A stretch of DNA of 52,951 nucleotides from Girardia tigrina (Eukaryota), in contig MQRK01189108.1 of the NCBI GenBank assembly GCA_001938485.1, positions 3,270 to 56,220 of the forward strand, given 5' to 3'. The position numbers and the translations under genes are program-made. Of this stretch, positions 11,761 through 24,649 are shown one piece after another. Under the pieces are notes generated by a model. It did not search any database. It was given only the letters and a program-made list of their open reading frames with translations, and was not told the origin of the DNA. Every line of letters begins with the position of its first letter. Within the stretch, counting starts at the first letter, position 1.

Positions 11761-12714
11761 CCCTTTCCAGCCCAAATTATTATTTAAGCGAATATCCGTT
11801 ACAATGTTGATTTAAATTGCTAAGAAACAAGTGAGAATCGCGCTTTTTTGCATTTTAATATATGTAGTGTCATCTATTAGACTTTTTAAAAACTATTACA
11901 ATGTGTAAAATTGTAATTGGGTAAAATTACAATTGGATAAAAGAGATAACTGAAATTTAATTTTTCAAATATGTTGCCATATGGCAACTGGAAATACTTT
12001 AAAATTACTTTTGTTAATTACCAGCATCCAGGCCCATAAGGATGCGGTCCGAAATTCAAGCTCCCAATCGTCAATTGTGGTCCTTAAGAGGACCATATTT
12101 CTTTCGCAATTATTTGAATCAGTTGAGGAACCACCGATGAAATAATCTGGTTGAAACAATTTTCCAAGATTCGAATTCAGTTCGTAATCGAGAGTGGTAC
12201 TATTCAATTCAACCACGACGCTGATCGGCACACACTTTTCATGAATTCCAGAAACAACTTTTTCTTTTCTTGTCAACTTTCTTTTCCAAGGAGTCGTCAT
12301 CGAATTGTCTTCGTCTGTTAGACTTTCAATAAGCGGTTGTCCTTGCTGTAAATCTTCAATCGCTTTGTCGAAAATGCTTCCCTTAACGCTGTCACTGTCG
12401 CTTCTTGTCATTTGATTTAATAATTAAAAAAATCAATATTCTTTTTAATCTATATATTTAGTTATCAAAACTTTATTAATAAATTAGAACAATAAAACAA
12501 ATTACATAATTATAACTTAATCAAATTTCCTTTTTTTTACATTTTCTCTTTTCTTTCTTAACAATTAACAAAAGTAATTTTTTTGTAATAATTTTTCTTT
12601 CTTTATAACAGTTATTATTTTATAAATATATATAATTTTTTAATTTTAATTTCAGTTATAATTAGTTATATATACAATTATTGAATTTCTCCAGCAACAA
12701 TGGGCTGGAAAAGG
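11761..12714 (-). mobile_element. Non-autonomous piggyBac-like element containing a 148-aa ORF (11965-12411)
   Basis: TTAA|CCCTTTCCAGCCCA ... TGGGCTGGAAAAGG|TTAA (13/14 TIR match, TTAA TSD). Confidence 0.7.
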
Positions 12715-13209
12715 TTAATAAAAGATTTTAACGTTTTATTTATTATCAATATTTCAGTTTAAAAGCCTTTTGTTGCGGTCGGAAACTCACTCACACCTTA
12801 TAATATACCGACATCTACCTGCATTACAAAATACAATTTATAAAAGAAGAGAAAAAGGGGACAGTGATAGTCAATACATATATTTGAAATTTAGCACAAT
12901 GATCGGTGTCGCCTGAAGCATTTATGATCTTCTCGCATTCCACACAGAGCATTGTGAATACGTTGTAGAAACTGAAATATTATATAAATGATTAAAAATA
13001 GACAAAGTCACACAAAAACTCATCCGATGGAGAAAGTTGAACATCTGACCCTCCCTAGATAGATTTTCGTAAAGAACATCAGTAGTGGACCCATCTGAGA
13101 ATCCTAGTATCCCAAAACAAGTTATAGACCCTGAAGATGTAAAAGTTAATTAATAATAAACCCAAAAAACAACAAAGACCATTACTGAATCTCCCAGTAA
13201 GCGTAGAAT

Positions 13210-14351
13210 ACATATTGCTGTTATTTTTTAGAATATTTACGATGCTAAATTAATAATGGAAAAAATTAAAATTCGAGCAATTTTCTTGTACGAATTTAAA
13301 CTGGGTCGTAAAGCAGCAGAAACGGTTCGAAATATCTATAAAGCGTTTGTCAACGGAACAGTTTCTGAGCGCACAGTGCAACGATGGTTCCGAAAATTTT
13401 CTGATGGAGATGAAAACCTTGAAGATGAAGAAGGTCGTGGTCGTCCAGTTGCTGTGAACAACGACAATTTGAGGACAATGGTGGAAACAGATCCCCGTAC
13501 AACAATCAGAGAATTTGCAGATGGGTTGGGCATTAGTCATTCAACTGTCCTGGATCATTTAAAACAACTTGGAAAAATCAAGAAACTTGATAAATGGGTT
13601 CCACATGATTTGAATAAAAATCAAAAGAACCGACGTTATGAAATTTGTTCTGCCAATCATCTTCGCAATAAAAACGATCCATTTCTTGATCGTATTGTTA
13701 CCTGTGATGAGAAATGGATCATGTATAAAAAACCGACGTCGATCTGCACAGTGGTTGGACAAAGATGAAGTACCGAAACACTTTCCAAAACCGAAACTAA
13801 CACCCCGTAAGGTTATGGTGACAGTTTGTTTGTGTGATGCTGGAATCATCCACTATAGTTTTTTGAATCCAGGTGAAACAATCACAGCGGAGAGGTACTG
13901 TCGTAAAATTGATGAAATGCATAAAAAATTGAAAACCCTTTGTCCGGGATTGGTCAATCGAAAAAGTCCCATCCTTCTTCANNNNNNNNNNNNNNNNNNN
14001 NNNNNNNNNNNNNNNNNNNNNNNNNNNNNNNNNNNNNNNNNNNNNNNNNNNNCATCCACCATATTCACCAGACCTCTCGCCAACGGACTTCTACTTTTTC
14101 AGGCATTTGTACAACTTCCTACGTGAAAAAAATTTCAAAAACCAAAATGATGCTCAAAATGCCTTTCAAGATTTCGTCGCTTCGAGAACCGATGCATTTT
14201 ATGCTGATGGAATAAAACAACTTGTTTCTTGTTTGCAAAAATGTATTGATGCCAACGGTTCATACTTTGATTAATAAACTTTTGTTTCTGTGAATTTACA
14301 CGTCTTTGAAGTTTGTGTCCCAAAACCGCCATTATTTTTCGACCAACCTAT
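13210..14351 (+). mobile_element. Mariner (DD34D, cecropia/Hsmar1-like) lacking its 5' TIR; frameshifted transposase
   Basis: WVPHDL, TCDEKW and HPPYSPDLSPTD motifs; +1 frameshift near 13730; right TIR CCGCCATTATTTTTCGACCAACCTA; highly similar to 46838-48016. Confidence 0.9.
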
Positions 14352-14549
14352 AATGTATATATATATATGTGTATATAATGTATATATATATAATCATATA
14401 TGTGTGTACACGGCTAGAAAGTAAGCTAATAAAAAGAATGAAATTAATTCTTATAAAAGTTTTATTTTAAAAACTTTTTCATTTGAAATTGTTAAATATT
14501 TGAGAGATATTGATTTAACAGTCATCGTCACATGAAATTAATTCCTTAA

Positions 14550-14752
14550 CCCTAATCAAACTGGGTAGTGTCTTTTGTACACATTTCATGTTTGAATTGA
14601 TGGCATTAACTTGCCTTATTTACATGTATATTTTTTTATCAAAATGAACTAAAAATCCTAATTTTCCTATTGTTTTACCATTACTTTTCATATGTGTACA
14701 AAAGACAGATTTCAGTAGGTTACGCTAGTGAAACTACCCAGTTGGATTAGGG
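14550..14752. mobile_element. piggyBac-like MITE
   Basis: TTAA|CCCTAATCAAACTGGGTAGT ... ACTACCCAGTTGGATTAGGG|TTAA (19/20), plus internal IR TGTCTTTTGTACACA / TGTGTACAAAAGACA. Confidence 0.8.
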
Positions 14753-14762
14753 TTAAATAATA

Positions 14763-15862
14763 TAGCATTTCCAGTATCATTTAAGACTTTTCAATTATCA
14801 TTTGAGACTTCAATTATAAATTAATGAATTAAATTTTTTTAATTTATTTAAAATAAAAAATTTCAAGTGTTTTTATAGGTAAAAAATATATAAAACATAT
14901 ATTTAAAACAAACAACACAATTTTATTCAAACCTATGTTCTTACATTGCAAGAGCACAGTTTCTCTTAATTAACCTATACCATCCATTACAATTATCCAG
15001 TGTCACAGATCCAATCCCATTTAAAATAACTTCTCCCAAATCTTCAATTATATTTTGATTCATTATTGTTCTAACGGAATTTTTATTTTGCAGTGATATA
15101 AATCGTTCGTTACGCAATCTTGAAAAATTTAGTCTCGTGTTTTTTTTATGTGTGTGGCCGAGCGTTATCCATAATATATTTTCCATCAGTCATTTGGTAA
15201 GTATCAACCAATTTGTCATCAAGTTCGATTAAAAAATCAGAAAAGATTGCACCATTTGTTATTACAAAAAGATTACAAAAAAAATTTTATAATAAATAAT
15301 ACGTTCACTATTTATGGCCATTAAAATTGTATTCCTTCCTCTAATTGCAGGAAAAACATGGTAAACCATTTTCCCTGATAAACTTCTTCCATAATTTCTT
15401 CTAAGATGCAGGTTAAATCCACTCTCATCAATAAAAATATTTTTCCAATCATCGACTGAAAATTTCGTAAGGAAATCTGCAGCATATACTTTTCTCAACT
15501 CAAGTCTCTCTTCGTCATTTACTCTATCAAGAACAAGACTACTTCTCTTAAGAGTAATTTTTAATTTATTAAGATGTTTCCTAATTATTTCAACTGACAA
15601 ACTAACTTTAAATATATTCCAAATTTCATCAGTTATTTTTTTCAAGGTAATTGTATTATTTCTTTCAATTAAATTTTCGATAAAAAAGCTGATTTCTTGG
15701 GTAATTTTTCCAACGCGATTGTTTCTCGTTTCTAACTTCAAAGTTTGTAAACTCTATCTATCAAAACCACGGTTTTATTTATTTTATTTTATTCATCCTT
15801 TATTTTAATAACAATAAAAGCTTTTAATTTTATTGAAGTCTTAAATAATACTGGAAATCCTA
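14763..15862 (-). mobile_element. Degenerate IS630/Tc1-like DDE transposon
   Basis: IR ATTTCCAGTATCATTTAAGACTT / AAGTCTTAAATAATACTGGAAAT; ORF remnants with an HTH-like region, IFIDESGFNLHLRRNYGRS and DNARPH. Confidence 0.75.
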
Positions 15863-17175
15863 TAATTTGAAAATAGAACTATTTAAATTTTTTAGCTCTG
15901 TGACTTGTTCCCTATAATTCTCAAATTTGAGAAAACATAATCTTAGGTTGTAATTTTCAGTGAAACAACATTTTCTAAACTCAACAATATCGATTCTACC
16001 TTCATCACGACAATGTTCCTGGATTCTCCAACATTACTGGTAGTGACACGAAAAGCATTTATCGTCATATCTTACTATTCCAAAATTAACATCCATTTAT
16101 TGAAGGAATCCAATTAGTTTTTTGACGACGCAATTGTACAAAAGAAATTTCCAACACCCCCTGATTTTATTTAAATATAAATTTAATTACAAAAAAAACA
16201 AGAGTCCAAATAACACAACAGTTTATATATTTTACTATCCACAATATTTATTCTGTTTATGACAGTTATTATATTATAATACAAAGTCATTCACACAATT
16301 TACAAATATCAATAAAAATGAAGTCAGATTTGTATGTTAAAACTAACTCCAAATACAATAATAATAAATTGCTGTTCTTTTTGTTGATTTCCGATCAAAA
16401 ATATTTTTCCGAATTAAATAACAATTGATCTCTCGGTTCGGCAATTCTCACAATAAAAAGCAACAAAGAAAATTAGTAAAAAATGAGTAAGATCAGCGCG
16501 CGAAATATACGACTTTATTCACTCTCGAATAATTGGGATACAATAAAATTAAAATAAATAACTCATTAAAGCCGCATAAATAGAATAACACGCGCACATA
16601 CAAACTTTATATATTTATAATAATAATAATAATATATAACGATAATATATAATAATAACAGTAAATAATAATATAGTGAATCACAGATTGTAATAATCTA
16701 TAATTTATATATAATAATCATCTAAGACTTAAATTTCTATTTTTAATAGCACCGTGATATCGATTAGTTTGGAAGAGTAATACAAATAATAATAAGAAGA
16801 TGAAAAGAAGCATAACCAAACACACATCAACTCCCAACACTTAAAACTACATTCCAATAAAATTATTATTATTACTATTATTTCGTAGTTGATTTATTAC
16901 ACAATTATGTATAAGCATATTAAAATCTCACAAATTCCAAATTCTATTCCAATATTATTTGATCTATAATATGTATATATAATTGTAAAGAATAAATACA
17001 AAACACAATCGATAAAAACGAAATTCAGATAATTGTATTTTGCAAAAAGAAAAAAAAACAATTCTGCTATTTATTGAAGGCAATTTCTGTTAGAAGAAGA
17101 GGAAATTCGACTTGGTTTCTTTAGAACTTAAGGAATGATTATTGAACGATTGATGTTGTAAATGGTGAATATTTT

Positions 17176-18033
17176 CTATTGAATATTCGGATGGGTCTGG
17201 TGCATTAGGATCGTCGACTGATTGATATTGGAGTTCATTAGCACTTGGTTGTTCAGTTGGTTGTAGTTCTGTTGAATTCCAGGAGAATTGTTGATGGGAG
17301 GAGCGACTATTCCAGACATTTGATCGATTTGTGAGTTCTGATTATAATATTGAGGAAACGGTTGAGGCATTTGTTGATGTTTTTGAGAAATACCGGAATT
17401 GGGAGGTATATTACAACCGATATTTGGCGGTACATTGGAATCGTGAAATGTTGGATGAGGAAGACTGCGAAATGGTTGAATTTGAGCGTTTTTAGGATTG
17501 TTCATCATTGACTGAGGAAATCGATTCATATTAGCGTGGGATTGTGGTAGACACTGTACATTATTATTTTGAAAAGTACTTATATAATTGGAGTTCCCGA
17601 TGTAGGAATGATTTTGTTGAAATGGTATTTTTTGAATCATATTCATATGATGCATGGGATCTGAATGCATAGTAGAAACTGTGGATTGTAAGTGAGAAAT
17701 GTTTTGAGGAATTGAAGCAATATAAATGGGATTATTCATTATTGCTCTTGGAGGTTTTGCTGATGAGTTCATATATTCATATGCCATGTTTGGATTTTCA
17801 GAGTTATGGTAAGTATATGTTGGTTGATAGGTACAGTTAGAGAGATTTTCAGATGGCCATTGGGGTTGAGGGTAATTTGCGTAGATATTCTTTTGCATTT
17901 GAGGCTCGCGCATGACAGGCACACCTTGATAAGGAGTATTCATATTCACAGAATCATTCTGACGCTTGGACCTTTTCCACAACAATTCAAAGGCCACTTG
18001 ATACTTAGGATTCGTATCGAGCCAATTTCTAAA
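17176..18033 (-). CDS. CBP: CBP/p300 terminal exon (second half of NCBD-like region plus Q/N/P/M-rich tail)
   Basis: Acceptor ttcttaatacag| at 18034; phase 0; FRNWLDTNPKYQVAFELLWKR then low-complexity tail; TAG stop at 17176. Confidence 0.75.
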   Translation of the reverse strand, partial: FRNWLDTNPKYQVAFELLWKRSKRQNDSVNMNTPYQGVPVMREPQMQKNIYANYPQPQWPSENLSNCTYQPTYTYHNSENPNMAYEYMNSSAKPPRAIMNNPIYIASIPQNISHLQSTVSTMHSDPMHHMNMIQKIPFQQNHSYIGNSNYISTFQNNNVQCLPQSHANMNRFPQSMMNNPKNAQIQPFRSLPHPTFHDSNVPPNIGCNIPPNSGISQKHQQMPQPFPQYYNQNSQIDQMSGIVAPPINNSPGIQQNYNQLNNQVLMNSNINQSTILMHQTHPNIQ

Positions 18034-18636
18034 CTGTATTAAGAAAACGCTTATTTTTTTACTATTATATACAATACATATTTATCGTTGAATGTGTCAT
18101 AATGTATCATAAAATTTTACTTACTATAAACAGAGTTATGATATAAGGAAATGATCAACTGCAACCAACAGTGTAAAATTTATTAACATTACTTTAATTT
18201 TCTTGAAAGAGAGAAAATGAAAATAAAGGAATAATGGTATTGTTGCTGCCGAAATGTTATTAACAACTTTCAAACATGGTTAAAACGATTATTTATTCCT
18301 CGGATAAATAAGAAATAAATTGAAGTTCAATTATTTGGAATGAATTGATAACAAAATATTAAAATATTTGATTTCCAAACAATTATAGAAGCTACTCATA
18401 AACTAGTAAATCAAAAAAAATTATATCCATTCTTTATGCAGACAGAACTATACATTGCCAAAAAAATTTTAAATAAAAAAATTATGTTAAAAAAAACACA
18501 ATAAAAAATTAAAAAATTTTGTTGGCCAAGCGGAGTTCCGCCGGCATGGATGTAAAAAAATATTGTTTTGATTTACTACTTAGGCTTTAATTGGTTTACT
18601 GGACTTTATTTATTTTTCAATTTATTTTTTACAAGC

Positions 18637-18901
18637 TTTTATTACGTTTCATTTGTTTGTCTGTCTGGATGCATCAAATCTTGCGATCGAAAATTCACCC
18701 ACTTCCCATTCACCTAGCGACATGAAACTTTCAGGACTGATGTATTCTAGGTGACAATACACTTTTTCACTGTCACTGTTCATATACCGCCTTTAGTTTG
18801 GCCGAAAAAAGTAACTAAAGTGTCGTTCTCATGTTTTCCTCAGTAGTAGGTTTTGAAATTTGCTACATCTAAATCCAAATAGGAAGCGGATTTTCGTCTA
18901 G
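18637..18901 (+). mobile_element. Possible non-autonomous Helitron-like insertion
   Basis: GTTTGTCTGTCTG microsatellite near the 5' end; short subterminal hairpin then CTAG|T end. Confidence 0.35.
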
Positions 18902-19202
18902 TATGCTTTGATAATTCAGTCAAAAAATGTGGGAAGTAGGTGAAATAGATAGAGAACCGCAAACATATTAAAAATTATAAAAGCTGGTACACCAAAAAAT
19001 TTTTGGTATGATTATACTTATTTGGTAATGTAAACTGCTTTTAATTTATAAGTAGATCTTTTTCAATTAATATTGTTCAGGAACTTTGATGGGACCTTTT
19101 TGATTCAATTTGAGACTTGAAAAAGTTTTTTTTCATCAAATTTTCACATTATCATTTATTATCCTTTAAAATGAGTAAGTGTACAAAGTTCTGAAAAAAT
19201 TG

Positions 19203-21615
19203 TGACAAAATGTCAAGTTGAAATACGTAAAGATATCCTGGAATATACATTGAATGCTCAAAGCTATGGTCGATGTATAGAGCATCTTTGACTTGTGTTG
19301 GAGATTAATGTTATTAACCGACTACTGGTGCATCTGCCGTGACTGTGTCGGTAAGATTTGTCGTCACCGCATTTGACATCGGTGGGTTATATTGACCGGT
19401 ATTATGTTTATGCCATGTCGAGTTGGAATATTTGATATTCGACACGATGCACATTTTGGTTAATTTTTTTATAGTTGTACCTGAAAGATTTGTTTGTTTT
19501 TAAGCAGGTTGTCATTATCGGCGGACCAAGATTCTAAACAGCCGACTACAATTGCTCCTAATATTACAGTCCATCCTTTATGAGCCGCCTTTGTTTCAGT
19601 TAGCAGACTTTTACATTTCTTTTTGTTGTTATCTCTGGTATCTTTAAGTGCTTTGATTGTGTCATATGGGGTTTTTATATCTATAAACCAGAGTTCTTTG
19701 GTTCCATGGTTATAAACCTGTAAATCAACCCGGCTTCCCGACACAGACCAATTACACTATCGATTCATGATGATTTTTAAAATTGGTTTCTCTGCAAGTA
19801 AAGCATCTGTGACGATTTCTGCGATTGCATTATGTCTCGCCTGTATTAGAGTGCTGTTGGATTTACACCAACAATGAATATGGATCTGTGTTTCTATATC
19901 TTGACCACATGCCTTGCACATCGATTTTTGTCTTGGTTTTTTCGGCTTATAATTGGTTGGTAAACTACTAGTCCTTGCGCTGTGTAAAAAGTGCTATTCC
20001 TCGATGGATAGTGACTCGTTGTAAAATACTTTGGAGCTGAAGTTGTGTTCAGCCAATGAGATGGCTGACATTCCAGTCATCCTTTGTTTGCCCCATTTGT
20101 CAAATTTCATTTTGTTATAGATTCTGTGCAAGTGGAAAGTTATATTGTCAATTGAATGTTCACTTAGTATCATGGAATCATTGGATATGTGAACTTTTTT
20201 TTGGTGAAAAACTGAATTTGTAACCCAATGCCTTTCAGGTATTTGATTGAATTCCGAATCTTTAATCGATTCTCTTTATCACCTGTGTTGATCCAGTTTA
20301 GGCAATCAGAGAGTGTCCATTCTTTTTTAGTTATGAGTGGCACCACTAGAGCTGTGACTGTCTTCTCACACGGCAAGTTACTCAGTGAGTTATAGATATA
20401 CGCGTGTTCCGGCGTGCAGCACAGTGCAAGCCAATGTGTGTTGTTGTGATTGATTGGAACTACACATGAATCTGTTTTTTTGTATTAAAGCCATTAAAGA
20501 CCGAATTTAAATCGTCTTCTCCATGAAACAACCTATTTGCGATAAAGTCTGGTAGAACCAGAGACTTTTTTGAGATGCTGATATGTTCCAAGAAGGTATT
20601 TATATCATCGTTGTCGAACCAATATGACGTATTTGGCGGCCTATCTGCATCTTCAACAACAGTCAAAGATGCAGGGCCATCCCGTCAAATTTTTTGTTAG
20701 TTTTTTTGGCATATTTTTTTATTTTTTGGAGCCACAAATCCCGAAGACACGCTGGAAGCATCCGAGAATAAGTCACTATCACTGACATTAGCAATGTTTT
20801 CTTTTGTTAGGTCGGCCGCTGACACGGTAGATATAAGTCCAAGACTATCATCAAGGTCAACTGGATTGGCAAATTTGGCGACGACAGTTACTCAACTCTC
20901 GGTCCTTCCGGATCCCGTAGTCGTAGCAGCATTGTCACATTTACAAGCAACAGTCGGCAAAACCGATCTGGTTGCAACAACAGTCGGTAGAACCGATCTG
21001 GTTGCATCATTAGACATACCATAGAATCATTTGTTTTTATATCATCATTGCTATTATTATTTTTTTTATATTGACAGTTTTTTTATAGTGTTCTCAGAGG
21101 CAACTTTAATGTCATTCATCGAAAAAAGACTTTTGACAATTGCATAGTTTGACAAAGTGATTTTATGTTCTTTGACAATATTTTGTAACCTAATCTTTAG
21201 ATTAACATCAGCATCTCTAAGTCTAAATGTGCTATCTAGATTGTTTAGTAATTTTAGAGTTTTTTAGATTTTATTTTTCGCTTCTTCGTGATTGTCTTTT
21301 TTTAGAGTCATGAAGTTCCAACGAGATCTCGTCACAGAGTAGCCTGACTGCAATGCCATAGCCATTGCACTGTTTGTGACATCTGTCACATCTAGATTCT
21401 AAGATGTACTCTAATTTCTCTGGAGTACATTAATCGGATTTAATTAATCTAATTAATCTAATTTTTAATCGGAGCTCTATGTGTTATGAGCGCTTCTTTC
21501 CATGTGGTGGGTGCTGGGATTCCTAATTCAAAAGCCTGTCTATTTAGTTTGTCCAAGAACCAGCGTGGGATGTTGTTTACTCTTTCCACCACCTCCGCAA
21601 CACAGTGAATATTTT
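19203..21615 (-). mobile_element. NeSL-like (RLE-class) non-LTR retrotransposon remnant: Ulp1-type protease, CCHC knuckle and restriction-like endonuclease; RT absent
   Basis: YWFDNDDINTF...VPINHNNTHWLALC...YIYNSL (C48-like); CKACGQDIETQIHIHCWC...ARHNAIA; SRVDLQV...WFIDIKTPYD; interrupts an inverted copy of the dispersed MITE-like repeat. Confidence 0.75.
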
Positions 21616-23594
21616 TTATTGAGTAAAAAGCCTTCAAAAATAGATTTTTAAATTACATGGATATATAATGGAAGCTAATAAAAAGAATGAAATAGAAAGC
21701 AATAACTAACTGCGTTCAATATTTCTAAACTTTCTCATTATATTCTTTTTCTGACCTACCTAAAGTTATTAAATTTCTTGTTATATATTTGTATCATTGT
21801 TCAATTTTATGCCCTCCTATTCGGTTATAAACGGTTATTTTTGATAAAATTCCCCCAATGTGATGATTCCAAATAAATCCAAAACCTTGTCAAAAAGTCT
21901 AAAGCACATTTTAACGAACAAAAATGTTTCCTATTTTCTATATTTTGGTGTTTTAAATTTCACACATACAACATGTATCAAATAGGAGGCTAACTTACAG
22001 GTATTAAATTGTCATACAAAATTACAAAAAATATGTTAATTTAATTTCAACATTTTACAGAGATAAATTTGATCGATTTTAAAAGTAATGAATTTCACAG
22101 ATAAAGACAAAAGGTAATCTCTATAATTCGTGAATATAAAGTCTAATTTGTTTGATTATTTATCAGACGACACAAGAATTTTATTCTATGTAGAGCGTGA
22201 AGTAATCTTTGCAATCTTCTCGACATTAATCTTCTTGTTTTATGGGTTCACTGGACAACTTAAATAATGTAAAATCTAACACGAATCACATTGTAAGTGA
22301 GAATTATTCAGATCGCCTAGTGACACCAGCCTCTTGACTTCATATAAAATGATCCACATATCTTGCTGAGCAATAAATTATACCTCTTTGATGGTTTGAC
22401 AGCTTCTGAGTTATTATTAATTTGTGTATACTAGGGTTGTTTACACTGAAATAGTTAATTCCAGAAGATAATTTATAAAAAATTAGTAAATAATTGAAAT
22501 GTAGAATATCGCTTGTATTGTTGAAAAGGAAAAGGTAAACACAACTATTTACGCTAAGAGCCAAAATACGGTGGTTAAATTTTACAAGGATAAACAACAT
22601 TGGTATCCAACGAAATAAGTAGATGAAGGATTGCGTTTTTAATAACTAAAATATATAAAGAAATATTAAGTGTTAAATAGCAATAATTTAAATAAAATAG
22701 AGGAAACTTAAAGAAATTTCTACAGAATGAAGAATCAAGTGGTCTAAAATTAGCTAAGCAACATGTAAAAAAGAGAACAAAAAATCCAACTTCAAATGAA
22801 GCATTTTAGAAAAAAAAACATTTTTAAAACAGTAAATGTTATAATTTTTGTTGCTTTTTTGTCAATGTATCGTAAAACTCGTTTGCTGTAATGTAAATTG
22901 TGTTATGACACATGAGATACGACTTGTTTTACAAAAATGTGAGAAAAACATTAATAACTTGTCCCACCTCTAAATAACTCTTATTATGTACTGCCGTAAT
23001 TGTGATTGTAAATTTCTTTATTCGTAACAAATAAATTCTAGTCGATTTATTTTAATCGAAAATTTCTAACAAACAGGATTAAGAGACATCAAACAAAAGA
23101 AAACTTTACAAATATATAAAGAAATACCGTGAAATCTTGAAAAAATATACATAAATCATACTTAATGGCATTAACAACAATTATTAAGAATACCAACATG
23201 GTTTTCCACACTTATTTTCATCACAGTATGAATTGTCTTTCGTAATTCGATATCTAGTTAAATCTGGATGATTTTGTAAATGGAGTTACCGTTCAATTAA
23301 AACAAAACAATTATTAGAACAAATTTTCATTTTAAATTATTTCAGATTTTATTTTTGAAATTCTAGGTTTATAATTTCGTTAATAATTTTATCTAAAAAT
23401 TAATTTAATTTTAAAATGATTTTATTTAAAGAAAAACATTTATTTAATCAATTTAAAAATAAGTTAAAAATTATTTACTTTATCAAAATTTTTAATATTC
23501 AAATTTTAAAAACTTTAATATTTAAAAAGTTTTTAAATGTTTTAATTTAAAATTCAAACTATGCTCGATTAACTATTCATCACGAACATCCAAA

Positions 23595-23674
23595 ATACCA
23601 ATTTCCCATCTGGGTGGGAGAAGCAAATTTCCAAATAACAAACACAACATACTGAATTTAAAATATTCCTCACA
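23595..23674 (-). mobile_element. Diverged 5' fragment of the Gypsy LTR family
   Basis: Reverse complement begins TGTGAGGAATATTT and contains TCTCCCACCCAGATGG. Confidence 0.6.
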
Positions 23675-24649
23675 ACAACCATTTCTCAAATCAAAGCAGA
23701 AATTAATTTTATAAATTCGAAATTAAGATATACTTTGAAAAAGTAATCAGATTATTCTATATAAAATACTAACATTTCCATGTATATTATTATAGATCAA
23801 CAAATAGTGTCCGGTTCTATGAAGAAAAATATCAATCAGAATTTTTTGTATTTATAAAATTTTTAACTAATTTTTTTTATTTATAATAATTTTTATTTGA
23901 AGCCCTGCATAAAACGTCGATAAATAATATGTAAAATACAACTTCAAGATAAAAAAATAAAAGATTTTTTGTGTCAAATTTTTAAATGTATAGGCATAAT
24001 CCTAAACGACAGCAGACTTGGGTATATCCAGGTGAACCTTGAATATCGAAACCGATTACTTATGGCAATAATAGATTTTTTTCTATATTTAATGGGATGA
24101 AAAGATTTTTGTCAACAATGAATTGTGGTAACCATATCAGACAAGAAATGGTGGACACTGAGATATAATTAATTAATTTGAAAGAATCTCTGAACCAATA
24201 ACATCTACATTCTGTCAAAAGATATAGCAAAGGTGTTTTCGTAAAAGACAATGATCATCCCATGTTACAAGACCATCACAGATAACTAATTTTAAACTTA
24301 TTTATTGTGAACCAAAATAATTATTAAACTAAAATTGGAAGATAAGGATGTTTATATAGTTTTAAAAAAACATGTAATAGTTTTTTCTTCAACACAATTA
24401 CACCAGTTTTAACTCCCTTGGATGTCTCAATTTTATTCCATAAATTAAAAATAAGTAACAGATCTTTGCAAGCTTGAATTTACTTCATTTATTAGTGAAA
24501 AATATGAGTGAAAAAAGCTAGTTTTGTCATCCAATAATTGTCATTATATTAGAAGAATTTTTTAAAACATGTTAAAAATTTAAGCAATTTTTTTTAGATT
24601 TTCGTGGAGCTCTTAAGTATTTATACTGACCACCCGTTGAGAATCGCTG

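Noticed and set aside
21535-21600. HDV-like ribozyme candidate at the 5' end of the RLE retroelement (minus strand TCCCACGCTGG)
   Set aside because: It resembles the L3 loop, but convincing P2 and P3 pairings could not be built by hand.
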